Shown: positions 1 through 12,600 of the stretch, in pieces
Layout of the letters: each line of letters starts with the position of its first letter
Position numbering within the stretch: position 1 is the stretch's first letter
NCBI GenBank assembly: GCA_965644265.1
Contig: OZ286469.1
Span: 88,660,001 to 88,724,000, forward strand
Origin: Glycera tridactyla
Taxonomy: Eukaryota
Direction: 5' to 3'
DNA: 64,000 nt
Program-made: the position numbers and the translations under genes
Notes under the pieces: model-generated
The model's database searches: none
Told to the model about the DNA's origin: nothing
Seen by the model: the letters and a program-made list of their open reading frames with translations, nothing else

Positions 1-1291
1 TCATACTGTTTTTTGCCATTGTTTTCTACTTGCAAGTTGATGTCTGCATATAACTACTTGCAAAACAAACAAATATAAAAGTGCGACTGTTGTTTGTTCC
101 ATTTCCGTTTGAGAAACCTCCGACATTTTTCGGGAATGCCCATCATTTTCCAGAAATGCTCAACTTCCTCAGACCACCTGGGCATTTTTGCCCACTTGCT
201 CTCTCCAAACTCTCAGTCTGATTGAAAGCCCTTGCATCCCCCGAACATCCTCATCTTCTGTTAGCGGAAGCTGCAAAGTGAATTCAGCTATACTTCTTTT
301 CAATGGACAGCAACATCAATGATGCCAATTTCAAAAGAGCAATTGCATTGGTATCCACAAAAACTGATAACAGAAGTACCAACATCATGGAGCAATGCCT
401 AGACAAAAAATGCCAAAATATGCCCCCCCCCCACAAAAAAAACAAAACAACAACAACATAATGACTACCCCAGAGTTCTAATAGCTGGCATAGCACCGTA
501 ATGTACTTAGGAGAGTTCCTTGCATGAATCTTAAGCTGGCTGTGATTGTATGAGTGGTATTTATCCTGCAATTTACATGAAATGTAGTATACTGTACCAG
601 GATGTAAAATAAATACAAATATGAGTGACAGTGGAAAAGACAAAAATCGCACACTGCCACACGCTGTGGAGGGTGGGTTGGGGTGGGGGTAAATCATCTG
701 TTGAGGATCTGAAAATGATGAAATAAGCATGATAAGGTTAAAACAAACAACACACAAACAAACAAAATGTAGGCAAAGCAAGTACATATCAAGTAAGTGG
801 TTGCTTTTCAAAACGGTCACACCTCTACAGAAAACTAAAAAACAAAAATTAGATGATTCATGATCACAATATAAAGAAAATTATATGCAGGCAGACATTT
901 TTTTCATTCATCAGTCATGGGTAGATTTACCAATCACTCAAGAGTGAAAAAAATCAACCACAAAACAAGTAGTATCGAGGAACCCTCAGCGGATGGGAAG
1001 GGGAGAGGGGCAGGGATTCATGCATATGCATGCTATGCAAAATTCCCATCAACACATACGTTCAAACCTCACATACTCGTCTATCACCACATAAATCACA
1101 ATGATGCCAATGAGAATGGGCAAAATTGTCAAAATTTGATCAAAATTCCTGAAAATGTCCTTATATATACTCAAAAGTATCCAAGTATCCAAACAGCAAC
1201 GTCTTCTGAATTTCAGATTTTCCTTTGGTTTTCAGAATTTAGAAATTTTATGAAAATTGGCATCACTGAGAGAATAGAATGGAAGATGTAA

Positions 1292-1465
1292 TCACTGACC
1301 AGGTGCTGCATTCTGTTGTCCGGCGTACTGCTGATCCATTAATTCTGGCGGCGGTGGTGGAAGGTCATCCTCCCCATAACGTCCGCCGGGACGCTGGCCA
1401 GGTTTCGGGGCGGTCATCGGTCCATCTCGTTTACCTCCAACGATCTCCATGCTCGTCGTTGTCTT
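1292..1465 (-). CDS. Terminal coding exon 11: KTTTSMEIVGGKRDGPMTAPKPGQRPGGRYGEDDLPPPPPELMDQQYAGQQNAAPGQ*
   Basis: Strong acceptor ctttgttttcag. 174 nt, phase 0, ends in TGA at 1294-1292. GC-rich island. Confidence 0.8.
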   Translation of the reverse strand, partial: KTTTSMEIVGGKRDGPMTAPKPGQRPGGRYGEDDLPPPPPELMDQQYAGQQNAAPGQ

Positions 1466-3642
1466 CTGAAAACAAAGATACCAACAACTTCACAACAGTT
1501 CTCATGGTATATCTTGAAACCGATCAGATTTCGGAAGGAACAGAAATATGCCAAGATCACTTTTTGACACCAGAACACCTGTTGAGGTCAAACTGGCCAG
1601 AGATACTGTATCATGAAGGAAAATCACAGTTCAAAATGGTTGTGGATGCCAGTGGATAATTTACAAAACATAAAGAGTGTATGTATCATACAACATAGAA
1701 AAAAGCAGGGATTGCAGTGTTGCAAAGGCAAGAACAATTGTGCCAATAATAGTGTTGGGATTCAAATTCTTTTTCAGTTTGATTTTCGAAACCAAACCAA
1801 CATCAAACAATGTTTGATTTTTACCATATTCCGGACTCATGCACTTTCACGCGAATTATTCTATTTAGCCCCCCTTCATTGTATATCATTCCTTTGCAAG
1901 TTTAACCACTTTCCTCATGAAAGAATTTTGGATGACAAGTGTTCTAGCAAGTGGCAGGGAGAAGTTGGAGCATGAAGTTGGGGGTAAGATGAGCTGATAT
2001 ATTGGTCAGATGTGGATGCATCCACCTTCGAAATCAACAATCTGGTGGGATGTCGGTGGTTATGAGAGCAATGCATCACTGACTGGTACAACAGAATCAA
2101 ACATCAACTTGGTATTCGAATGTTTGATGATGTTGGATCAATCTGAATCAAATTCAACTATAGCAGAACTTCGGTACATCACTAGTCAATAACAATGGTG
2201 ACCGACAAATCTTCCTGACCTTGATGGTCTAAATACAGTCGGACCTGCTCTAAAGACCACCTCTCTATAAATACCACCTGAGCTGCGACCGTGGTAGTAT
2301 TTTCAACAGTAAATGGCCTCTCTATAAAGACCACCTGTCCATAAAGACCGCTTTTGATGCAATCGAAGGCGGTCTTTATAGACAGGTTCGACTGTATCAT
2401 TCTAATTGGGCCTGATGTGAAATGATACAGTAGCAGAGTGATGCCAATGAATTGAAGCTACATTTTTGGAATTATGGCGAGATTTTCTTATACTTCTCCC
2501 ACACATTCTCAAAAGAGCATCTATTCTGCAACTCCCAAACAGAATGCTGCAATTTCTTGATTTCAATTTTCACCTAATTTCCAGTATTCCAAAAGTTTTC
2601 AGAAAATTTACATCACTGGTACAAGCATTTTGAAAACAAAATGGGGAAGTTCATTTCAAATATATCACTGAGTATCGCAAACGGGACATGCAGCATTACA
2701 GAGATCTGTAGGATCTGCATTTGTCACACTGGAGGTGCCTTTACATCAGCCCTGAGCCACCTGTATGAGTGGAACTTGTGTACTGTACTACTCATCCCTC
2801 CCCACACGTGAATGGATGTTTAGATACTGACACAGCCATTCAGTGAGTTGCCTCCTGGGTGAAGCGACACCCAGTGGCAACTAGTGGAAATGATAGTTCC
2901 TTTTCATTTGCTAGATGACTGATATTCAATCACAATTTGTGACACAGATCAATACTCACATTTGTCCAAAAACATGATAGCCAGTGATAATAACATTAAT
3001 TTTGATGCATAATACTGAAAATTTGTTGGCCATGATAATAATTTCTTAGTGAATCAGAGGCGTGTGCTCTCACGTTCAGAGATTTCTATGGCAGTGATAA
3101 CAACAGGAAGTGGAGGTCACCTCACTGCAAGTGCCACCTTGTGTCAATAGAATATGTTATGTTTTCTCTGACTTCAAGACCATTTGAGGCCTGACGACCT
3201 ATTTTTTTTATTGTTACAAACTGGCCAATATGGAGTATGTGAGATGGTGGGGTCATTAAAGATATCTATGAATCCGACAAGACTTAGACTACGGTATTGC
3301 ATTGAAATACAACAAATGTGCAACTGCTGCCTACCCACGAGTGGGACTACTACATTAACGTGACATGAAAACAACATTCACATAAGGAAGAAAATTGGTC
3401 AAAGGTCACAAAGGTATGACATATATCATTTCACAACAGAGACGTAATCCGTGAAAAAGTGTGAACACCTGAAACAAGAGACCCCCAATTTTATGATCAC
3501 AATGTTTTGAGGAACAGCTTCTTCGATACCCCTTTTCATTTGCCATTCAGGGTCGTCTCTCATCAAGTTCCACAGTAACATTCGGAAATACTCGTACCTT
3601 CTAATAAGCGAGTATTTTTGAATATTTTCACACACATCTACC

Positions 3643-3690
<48 letters not shown>

Positions 3691-6600
3691 CGCACATGCA
3701 TGTTTATGCATGTGCATGCATGCATATGTGTATGTGTCTGTGTCTGTGTGCATTTATGCATCAGTGCATGCATTCAAAAACATGGACATTACAACAATAT
3801 TTCAACAGTGATTAAATTGGAAATGAGCAAATAACATATGTAACAAAAGTAGGAAGAGTTACTACATGCTAACTATGTACATTCCAGTTAGATGGAGGGA
3901 GTTCCCCCTGGGAAGGGAGGGGTGCGGCAGCCATAACAATGTGCATTGTATCCATCAAAACCCAATAACCACCGCATCCGTCCAAACCGGCAGCAACGTG
4001 TCAGGACAGGAGCGTCCTCACTCATCAACACCACGTGACATGTGACATGTAAAGTCCATTCACTACAAGAGGACTGAACAGTCTTCTTTTTTTTCTTTCA
4101 TCATAAATCAGGCCGAATAGTGAATTCTCTTAACACATTTATCAGGAAACTAGCCTTCAAAAGTTATTGACTGGAAATGGTTCTGACCTTTTAGCACACC
4201 CTGACCTCGAAATTCAAGATGGCTGCCTTGAAATCAATGGGTGCTGAGCCAGACCTGAGCAAAGCTATATGTATCAAGGTTGACATGGCTAGCTCTAAAA
4301 ATGGTTGTGAACTTGGAAATCAACATGTACCATCCAAACATCATGATGTGTCTTGCCAGACCCAAGGCTGGGCATCAAGTGTGAAATAGATAGCCCTCAA
4401 ATTTAGAAGTTTCGGTCAGGAAACACATTTGTCCTTTTTGCACTCAGTGACTTTGAAATTCAAGATGGCAGCTCCAAAATCAGTAAGGTCTCTTTCCATA
4501 ACAAAAGGGGGTCTAACAAAGAAAGTTTCAGTTTGTTGAACCAGCGACATTTTGAGTCATTTTCTGGAAACCACGCGAGCATCCAAACCAGGTTAATTTG
4601 AAAACACGATGCTCCTCAGTGTTTACAGAATATTTGGATGGCAAAACTCTCTAGCAAGATATCCCTTGTTCAGATTTCCCAAGCGAGTCAAAGACTCAAT
4701 AACACTGTGAGAAGAAGGCCAGCCATATACTTATGATCAAATGTTGCAAACACCAGATTACACTAACAATATATCTATCCTCCTACGAGATCCCTGATCA
4801 ACCTCATCAACTAATATTGCAGAGTTCTATGCTTGGAGAAAGCCATCCGGCGCTTTAAGAAGAGATCATCGTGTGCAATAAAGGCCCCATCCTATGAAGC
4901 TTCATCATCATGAACGGCTATTTACAGAATCTATGAGTAGCTAAATACTATCCTTATAAAAGTAGAAGGGACACTCAACTGAAGAGGTGGGTCTTTTTAC
5001 TCAGGGCAAGGGTAACAATGGCCAATGTCTGTGATGGTTGATTAGTTGGTTGGTTGGTAGGAGTTCAATAGTGTGTCTAATATACCTGTGCTTCAGATCT
5101 ATGAGAACTGGTTGTCCTATCCCCTGATGGCATCACTCTCACATACCCTGAGCACAAAATGAAGGTACGGGTAGGTAACCTGAGAGGTGGTCAATGGAAG
5201 TAGCTGTCATTTCAGACTCATCTCTACCTACGCTGCATACAAGAGATGAGCTGATGTGCCTCATTAATATGGGGTGAAGGTATAGGTATTGGCTGGGTAC
5301 TGAATAGATTGAATGGGAGATTGGTGGTGCATATAAAACTTGTTTACATTGGTCAGAAGCTGGTGTGTATACATCAGTCTAGCGGGATGCAGTGGTCTAC
5401 TGGTTCAAAACACTTACACGAGGATCATATCCAGCAAAACCTGGGTGGTAATAGTCCTAGAAAAATCAACCAATCATAAAGGTTTCAAACATCCATCCCA
5501 TAATTGTCTATTCTTCCCAGCATGCACCTCCTCTGTAGGATCCAGCGAGACCTGGCTGGAGAATATTCAAGGAAATTCAACCAATCATAAGGATTTGAAA
5601 AATCAGTCCTGTATTTTTCCTTGGCATGCACCTGTTTGGTTGTCATGGTAACGTGAGAAGAGGATGATGGGATATCACTCTCAACCATCAGAATGTTGTT
5701 AGTTGATCTGATCCCAATTTCCCGAGGGAGACTGAGGCTCAATAAAACTGCAAGAGGAGGGCCAGCAGTGCACGTTATTATTTTGATCAATCAATCTGAA
5801 AGAGAAGAGAGAATATTAGTAGAGAGCATCACAAACGCAATCAGCAAAATCAACAAATGGTATCGTTAGTAGACAGGAGTCACACCATCCCCTAGGAGAA
5901 ATTTCAATGCATGATATTGGCACCCATTCCTCGCCACATTGAGAGAATGATGAAAATGACAGATTACCCATCGATTGCGCTATTTCTTCCAGACAGTGCT
6001 TTGGAGAAACACTGATGTATAGAGTTATTAAGAAGGAGGATACAAAGAGAAACTAGCCACGGTGCCCAGCAAAACTGGGCCCAGAATATCAATGACAAAA
6101 CTCCCAACATCAACAGTAGAACAAAATTTGGAATTGGAAGAGAATAAAAATTCAAACATTCAAACATCACAATAGTGGCTATAAATGGATAATATCCACT
6201 GTGCATATATGTTCCCTTGACAAAGTTGCCAAAATATGCATGATTTACCCATTAGGATTTTGAATGGCCATTTGATGGTGGCATAGAACCATCTGAAGTT
6301 TTGTCAAATTTAGAAGTAATGGCAACGCTTTCATATTGACGGGATCTGTTGACATCTCCACGGACGAGATATGTGATTACAGTGAAGCCACCTCTCTCAT
6401 TTGATGCCTGTGTACCAGACATGTCACTCAACTGCAGTATTTATTGCTCACCCAGCAGTCCTCTCTCTGTGGTTTCAGACCTGATCCAGGGCAAATAATA
6501 CTGGCAGATTCACTCTTTTATGCCCACATACAAGTAATTGGAATAAATCCTTGCCAGAAGTTCAGCATGAGCTGGTATTACCATCAAAATTGTTAACTAA

Positions 6601-9600
6601 TCACCTGAGTGTTTGCTGTACATATCCTCTCAGTTTGTGATCACCAATTGTCAATTATTTGATGGAATAATATTCAGGATTTGTGATTTCCAGTCACCCC
6701 ATTGTTTGCTGTACATAGTTCAAGGTTCCAGAGGTTTAGACTACCAGATTTTGTACTTAAACTTGCCAGAAAGATATTCACCCTGAAGAAATTATCAGAA
6801 GGTCTGGTTTGTCAATCATGTCAATTGAAGGTCGTTGACAACATACAATTGAGTTTCACATTTGTTTGAAGAACTGACCATTCCGTTCATTTGATCTCTC
6901 GTACCCACGACACTCAAACTACTCAAACCAAATGCATCCGGAATCTGAGCTTGACCCTTGACCTCTTACTCTTTTGGGAGCCCAGAGTGGCCAACAATAT
7001 TCAGGGATTTATTTTGTAATTGGGATTCACATGGCTATAAAACATATTTGGGTGATAAAATCAACTCTGCCGCATATATTTCATCCAGGATGATACGGGA
7101 TATACAACTCCTCCAATCAAACTTGAGAAAAATATACATGTTATATGATGAATGAATGGCTATGAATCAAGGTATAGAGAAAATGGGTGGATGCCAGGGG
7201 AAAAAAGTTCAATGCATATTGTGATGGCTAAAAATGCCACTGACACTTGGGAAAAATATCAAGCTGTGGACTGTGAAATAATTGAATATCTCAGAATTCC
7301 GTCTTCATGCCCCAAAAAATGTCCATCAGTAATATGATGAATCAAATGAGAGTTGCAAGCTCCCTTCCGGAAAATATTGCTGAACGATTCAACAAAGCAT
7401 TTATGAAGGACATTTGGATGACTTCCCTGCAATACTAGGCAGGATTAAAAGAAGCATTTCACTCTACATTAAACTACAAGCAATTAGGGGCTGCACAACC
7501 AACACGAGGGGGTTAGTTAGTAGAAGGCTCAAATACACACAAAATCCTTCATGCAACAAACATAGAAAACAATCAATACATAATTCTGAAAGTGATAATG
7601 AATGTAAATTTCAATAGGATAAGTCTACACAAATATGAGCGACAAACAAAATGTCAACCCTAACAAGGTTCGGTCTCATCGAAGCTGTCAAATGAAGAAA
7701 AATGATAAGATGATGGATCACCAATAACTATACCCACAACGAACATGACAAGATAAAAAAACAATCAACTAATTGGAAAGATGAACAATAGACAGCAATG
7801 CTGATGAATATTCAGATATGTTGATAGGATATTTGAGAACTGCAGTTTTCTTCAAATTTCACAGGAAAAAATGGGTTCTCTGACATCCCAAGTACATACT
7901 TCATAGTCAGCTGTCATCACATTGCAGATACAGTAAAACCTGTCTTGGGAGACCCCTCTTTTTGGAGACCACCCTCTAATGGGAGACCACCCTTTATTGG
8001 CTCTTCTCTATTTGACATAGTCAAATATAACTCCAATGAGAGACCACCTGTCTTGAGAGACCACTTTTTGTTGGCATTTGGGGCGGTGTCCCATGACAGG
8101 TTTTACTGTATTAGAACTCAAAACCTGGGGTCGACAGCACTGACAGCATGAAGACTACAGCATCCCAACAATGAATATAGGGACCAAAGGGGTTGCAGGT
8201 AAAACCAATCTTCAACTAAAGGAAATCCGTATTGTCTATCCCTGATGAAGATTAATAAGTTCACTAGATCCTCAGAGTCAGCTGAGCCACTGTGACACAA
8301 TAATTGCCCACTCAACAGGAACAGGAAATCAGTTTTTTCTTAGCTCAAAAATAAAAAGATAATCACATGATGATTTCCCTCCAATCCCTGTGATAAAATC
8401 AAGAATATATGGCCGTGAGGTGAAAATCCATTATCAAACTTGGTGTGAATTCACCCCTTGATTGGTATTGTGTTTTCACCTCACAGCCATATACTCTCGC
8501 TATTATTAGTAGGTCCACTTGGATTCTGGATCAAGTCCTGCCAACGATACCAAACATAGTATCCCAACATCAAACATAGGGGCGAACCGGATATATATCG
8601 GGTACATCATAATTGTCCTTTTTGTACAAAAATATATCAACATCTTGACTCAAACCCTGCAGTCCACTGGACCAAAGGCTTTGATTAACTCTGCTCCCAC
8701 ACTTAATATAGGGCCCAACAGGGTTTGGGGGAGATTATTGAGTCTAATGTGTGTTACTTGAGTCCCAGGGCCTGCCAGACTGCTGGCAGTCTATATACCA
8801 TATTCCAACACTAACCATGGGTAGCTATACTTTTCCAAGGGGATCCAAGGTCGGCCTCACTGTTCAGTCAGGCCCCAATATAAAACTATTAGTAAGTGAT
8901 TTGTGAGCAAGGAGAAAACATTGCCAACCCATGTGTCTCACAGGGCCCATCCTCACGGTTCTGCCATGTGCAAATTTAGTCAAACCCATTAAATTAATAC
9001 CAAGAATGGCCAACCCCCTCCTACATACCTTAACAACTTCTGCTTCAGGGTTCCTCAACTGCAAGGTCATTAATTCAAACTAATCTTTACAAGTACAATG
9101 AAAATAGATGAACACAACATGAAATACTCCCAGGCAAAGAACAGGAAACAAGTTGTTCTTTTGCAACACAGCCGAAATTACTGTCATTCACAAATGAAGT
9201 CACAACTAAAGGTTGTGACAGAAAGCAACTAACACATGCCTCCATGAATGATGGGAACAATTACTAAACTAACCAAAGAAAATACAAGAAATTAGGCTAG
9301 CTGGCAAAGAATATCATCCCATCTGGATGGCCACTGTAGTTTAGGATATAACTGCAAGAAATAACTAATTAAGAAACAATTACACTATATATTCATCCAC
9401 AGGTTACCAAGGACAAGTAACAAATTATGTGTCTACAACTTTGGACACTGAACCAAGTAGCAAGATGTCCCAGAGAATTCATCCTCAACTGAAAAATCAG
9501 ATATCTCATCGAGTTGGGAATTTGACTGAGATTCATTTGGATTCCTATGATTATGCAGCGATAATACCAACAAATAGATGAATTAAATGAATATAAACTT

Positions 9601-12600
9601 AGTGATCCAACAAATGATATAACAATAGACAAGATAAAATTCGTCTGAGGAGTGATTGGCCACTGAAGGAGAACCACTGGAATCAGTAATTTTTTCCCCC
9701 TGAATAGTTATCACTATCATAAGATGGGGGAAATTCAGTTCATAAAATGCTGACAGGTGGCTGATCCACTGAACAATCACATCCCTGCAACTGGTAGATG
9801 ATAATACCATCGAAAAGATGAAAAAGTCAAATTTCATGCACTTAACTATCAACAGACATCCATCTACACAAGACGATTTTGATCAAGTTTCTACAAAGAC
9901 GAGATATATAGACACTCTACTTGACTAGAAGACAGGTCTCTCGGCAACCACCCGTCATACCTGCATCGTTCGCTGCGTATACGTGCGAGATCCGCCGGGA
10001 AACTCCTCTACCTCCTGCCTGTATGTGCTATGGGTCGATGAAGATCCATCCCAGTCCTGCGAGGAGGTCTGAACCACCTAAATACCCCATCACAAATCAA
10101 AGTACATCCACCACATTAAATACCAACCAATCACCAGGTAGCTTCACATGTATGACAGTCTTTTATCAGGCATGCAATTCTCACATTCCAGATTACTATA
10201 TGATGTCCAGTTTGTTCAAGACAAAGGTTTCCAATTGGGTGCATTTCTATGATTGATGGCTGGTTGGAATCGATCAAACTGGTGACTGATCGATCAGTCA
10301 GGATATATTTGCTAACAAGTAGAATGGCTAGTGTGTCAAACTCTTCTTAAACACAGGACCATCAGCGATGTCCTGCATCTACTGTAAGGAGTTGATATCC
10401 ACAAAATTGCCCAGGAATGATAAACCTAGGAATCACAGCTATCTTGCAAGCTATGACTATCACAGAATTTTTTTTCGTATCATTGCAGATAATCCTGATA
10501 TTTGTAATGACTGATCATCTGGTATGATTTCATCAATCATCAACTAATATTGAAAATTGGTCCAATACAAGCTGAAATGATTTGTCATGGCAACTTGTCA
10601 TAGCAGCATGGTATTTCTTCAATTCAATTCAAGATTCTCTTAAAAGAGACTTGATGACTTGCGAAGGATCCAGATGAGATACTTGATATACTAGCTGTTA
10701 CTTCTAGCAATAATTTGCCACTGATACTTCACACCATATGCATAAAAGCAGAAGTAAAATATCATGGAATGCATGGAAAATCCATAATGACCCAAGTCTG
10801 ACATTTCAATAATGAAAGACACACACTATAAGAGTGACATCTGTGTCCCCAATAATTCATTGTTTGACAGCGAATTACCCAAATGAGGCAAAACTGAATA
10901 AAAGTAAGATTTCCTATATTTGGTAATTGAAGACATTAACAGCCATAGCGAACACCTGTAAACAAATATATCCACATTTCACTTAATTCCTCTGAAAGAC
11001 CACATCAAATAATAACTTGGTAGGGGTCACTACAAAAAAGCTCTAGAAATAAACAAAACATGAGCAAATCAAATCAAATCAAATCAAGCTGGGGGAGGAT
11101 TGCAAAACAAAATGAGGGTTGTTGAATAACAAAACCAAAGAGCAAAAGTCAAAAACGGAGAAACAAGAGAGGTAATCTACAAGGCAAAACAAATCACAAG
11201 TGATCTCATACTAAAGCACTTTGCAATGAAACGACACGCATGTTTGCAAAGAAGAGTTTGAGGAATGTTACAAGTTCTTTGCAAAATGCACTTAAATAAT
11301 AAAGCCAATCTTATTTCTGGAAATACATGTAGGAGTGACACTCAAGATTCTGCAGAGAATCACAGAAACAATCATTTCAACAGTCCCTTACCAACTGGGT
11401 AATCAGCTGTCAATTTTCAGGGCACTGTTTCAAGATTTGGGGGGCCATGGATGATTTAAACCTGTAAGTTTTCATCCCTCACAATAAAAAAGAAACTAAC
11501 AATCTGTGTGGAGCCAAGTTTCTATTTTTCAACCAACTTCTCGGAAATCATGCATTCACACATAAGTGACACCTAGAGGATATTTGTGGTACTCTCTGAT
11601 GCAAGTCAAGCAAATTGCTCTAGATACCAAAGCACAGTGATGTCAATAGAATCGAGCTAGATTTTCTGAAATATGATAAGATTTTCTTAAACTACCCTCA
11701 CATGATCTCAAAAGTATCTGTTCTGAGATTTCCATCAAGTTTTCAGTAATTTCTGAAATTGAACCTTACACTCAAATTATTTGGAATTCCAAAATTTTTC
11801 GGAAAATTGGTATCACTGAAAACACCCGCCCATTTTGTGATCTAAACACCCAAATACTTGGCTCATTATGATTTTCCAACTTTTTTTAGAATTGAAAAAA
11901 AAATACCTTATCCCATTCTTAATTTTGATAACAAAAATTTGTAGTTCACAAATCCATGCAACGATTTTATATTGTGAGATAGGAATGAGTGATGCTGTTA
12001 CCTGTTTGCCCGGTGGTCCGGCCCTCTGGAGACTGCCGGCCTGGTTAGCGTACATGGGTCCGCCACTGGCGGGGTAGATCATGGGTCCAGCTGATTGGCC
12101 GTAAGCAAGGTCCTGTCGGTCGAACACCTGGCCGTAGACGGTGCTTGGGTCGCGGTCGATGTAGGAAGCCAGGTATTGACACATGTGGGTGAATGTATCC
12201 CCCTCACGATCTGGCTCATTGGCGTATATCTCCAGACCATATTCGCCCCTTGCTGGCAAGCTGACTGTAAACACCATAAAACACCCAAATGAGTATCAAC
12301 ATATTGAGCATGATAATGATGATAATAATAAATATAATTATAAACACCGCACCACTGTGATGTTTTTTTACTGTTCCTGCACCACTGCTCACCACATTGT
12401 GACAATGCACTACCTAAGAGCACTTTGAATACATGTATATGAGATCAGATATAACGGGCACCTGTCTACAAAAACCACATTTTGATGTGACCAACAATCA
12501 ACCCTTATGAATGCATGCATATATTAATTTTGTAGTGTTTGGTTGGGGTTGATGGCATGTATCCTGAATTCACTCAAAGGAGAGTTCCTCACTGACTAGC

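Noticed and set aside
284-820. 178-aa hydrophobic minus-strand ORF
   Set aside because: It lies in the presumed 3' UTR, comes from U-rich low-complexity sequence, and has no recognisable domain.
1-1291. Polyadenylation signal for the main gene
   Set aside because: I saw no clear AATAAA or ATTAAA on the minus strand, so the 3' UTR probably extends beyond the window.
3426-3834. ORFs with HTHTHT or VCVCVC runs (also 33332-33622 and 57246-57535)
   Set aside because: They are translations of (CA/GT)n microsatellites.
5620-5797. Strong-looking minus-strand acceptor at ~5797 as an alternative terminal exon
   Set aside because: The phase-0 frame stops after two codons (ATT GAT TGA), and the only longer frame needs a phase-2 donor that I could not find.
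6200-7800. Run of short plus-strand ORFs suggesting a decayed transposon or processed pseudogene
   Set aside because: I recognised no transposase, RT or host-protein motif. A translated search would be needed.
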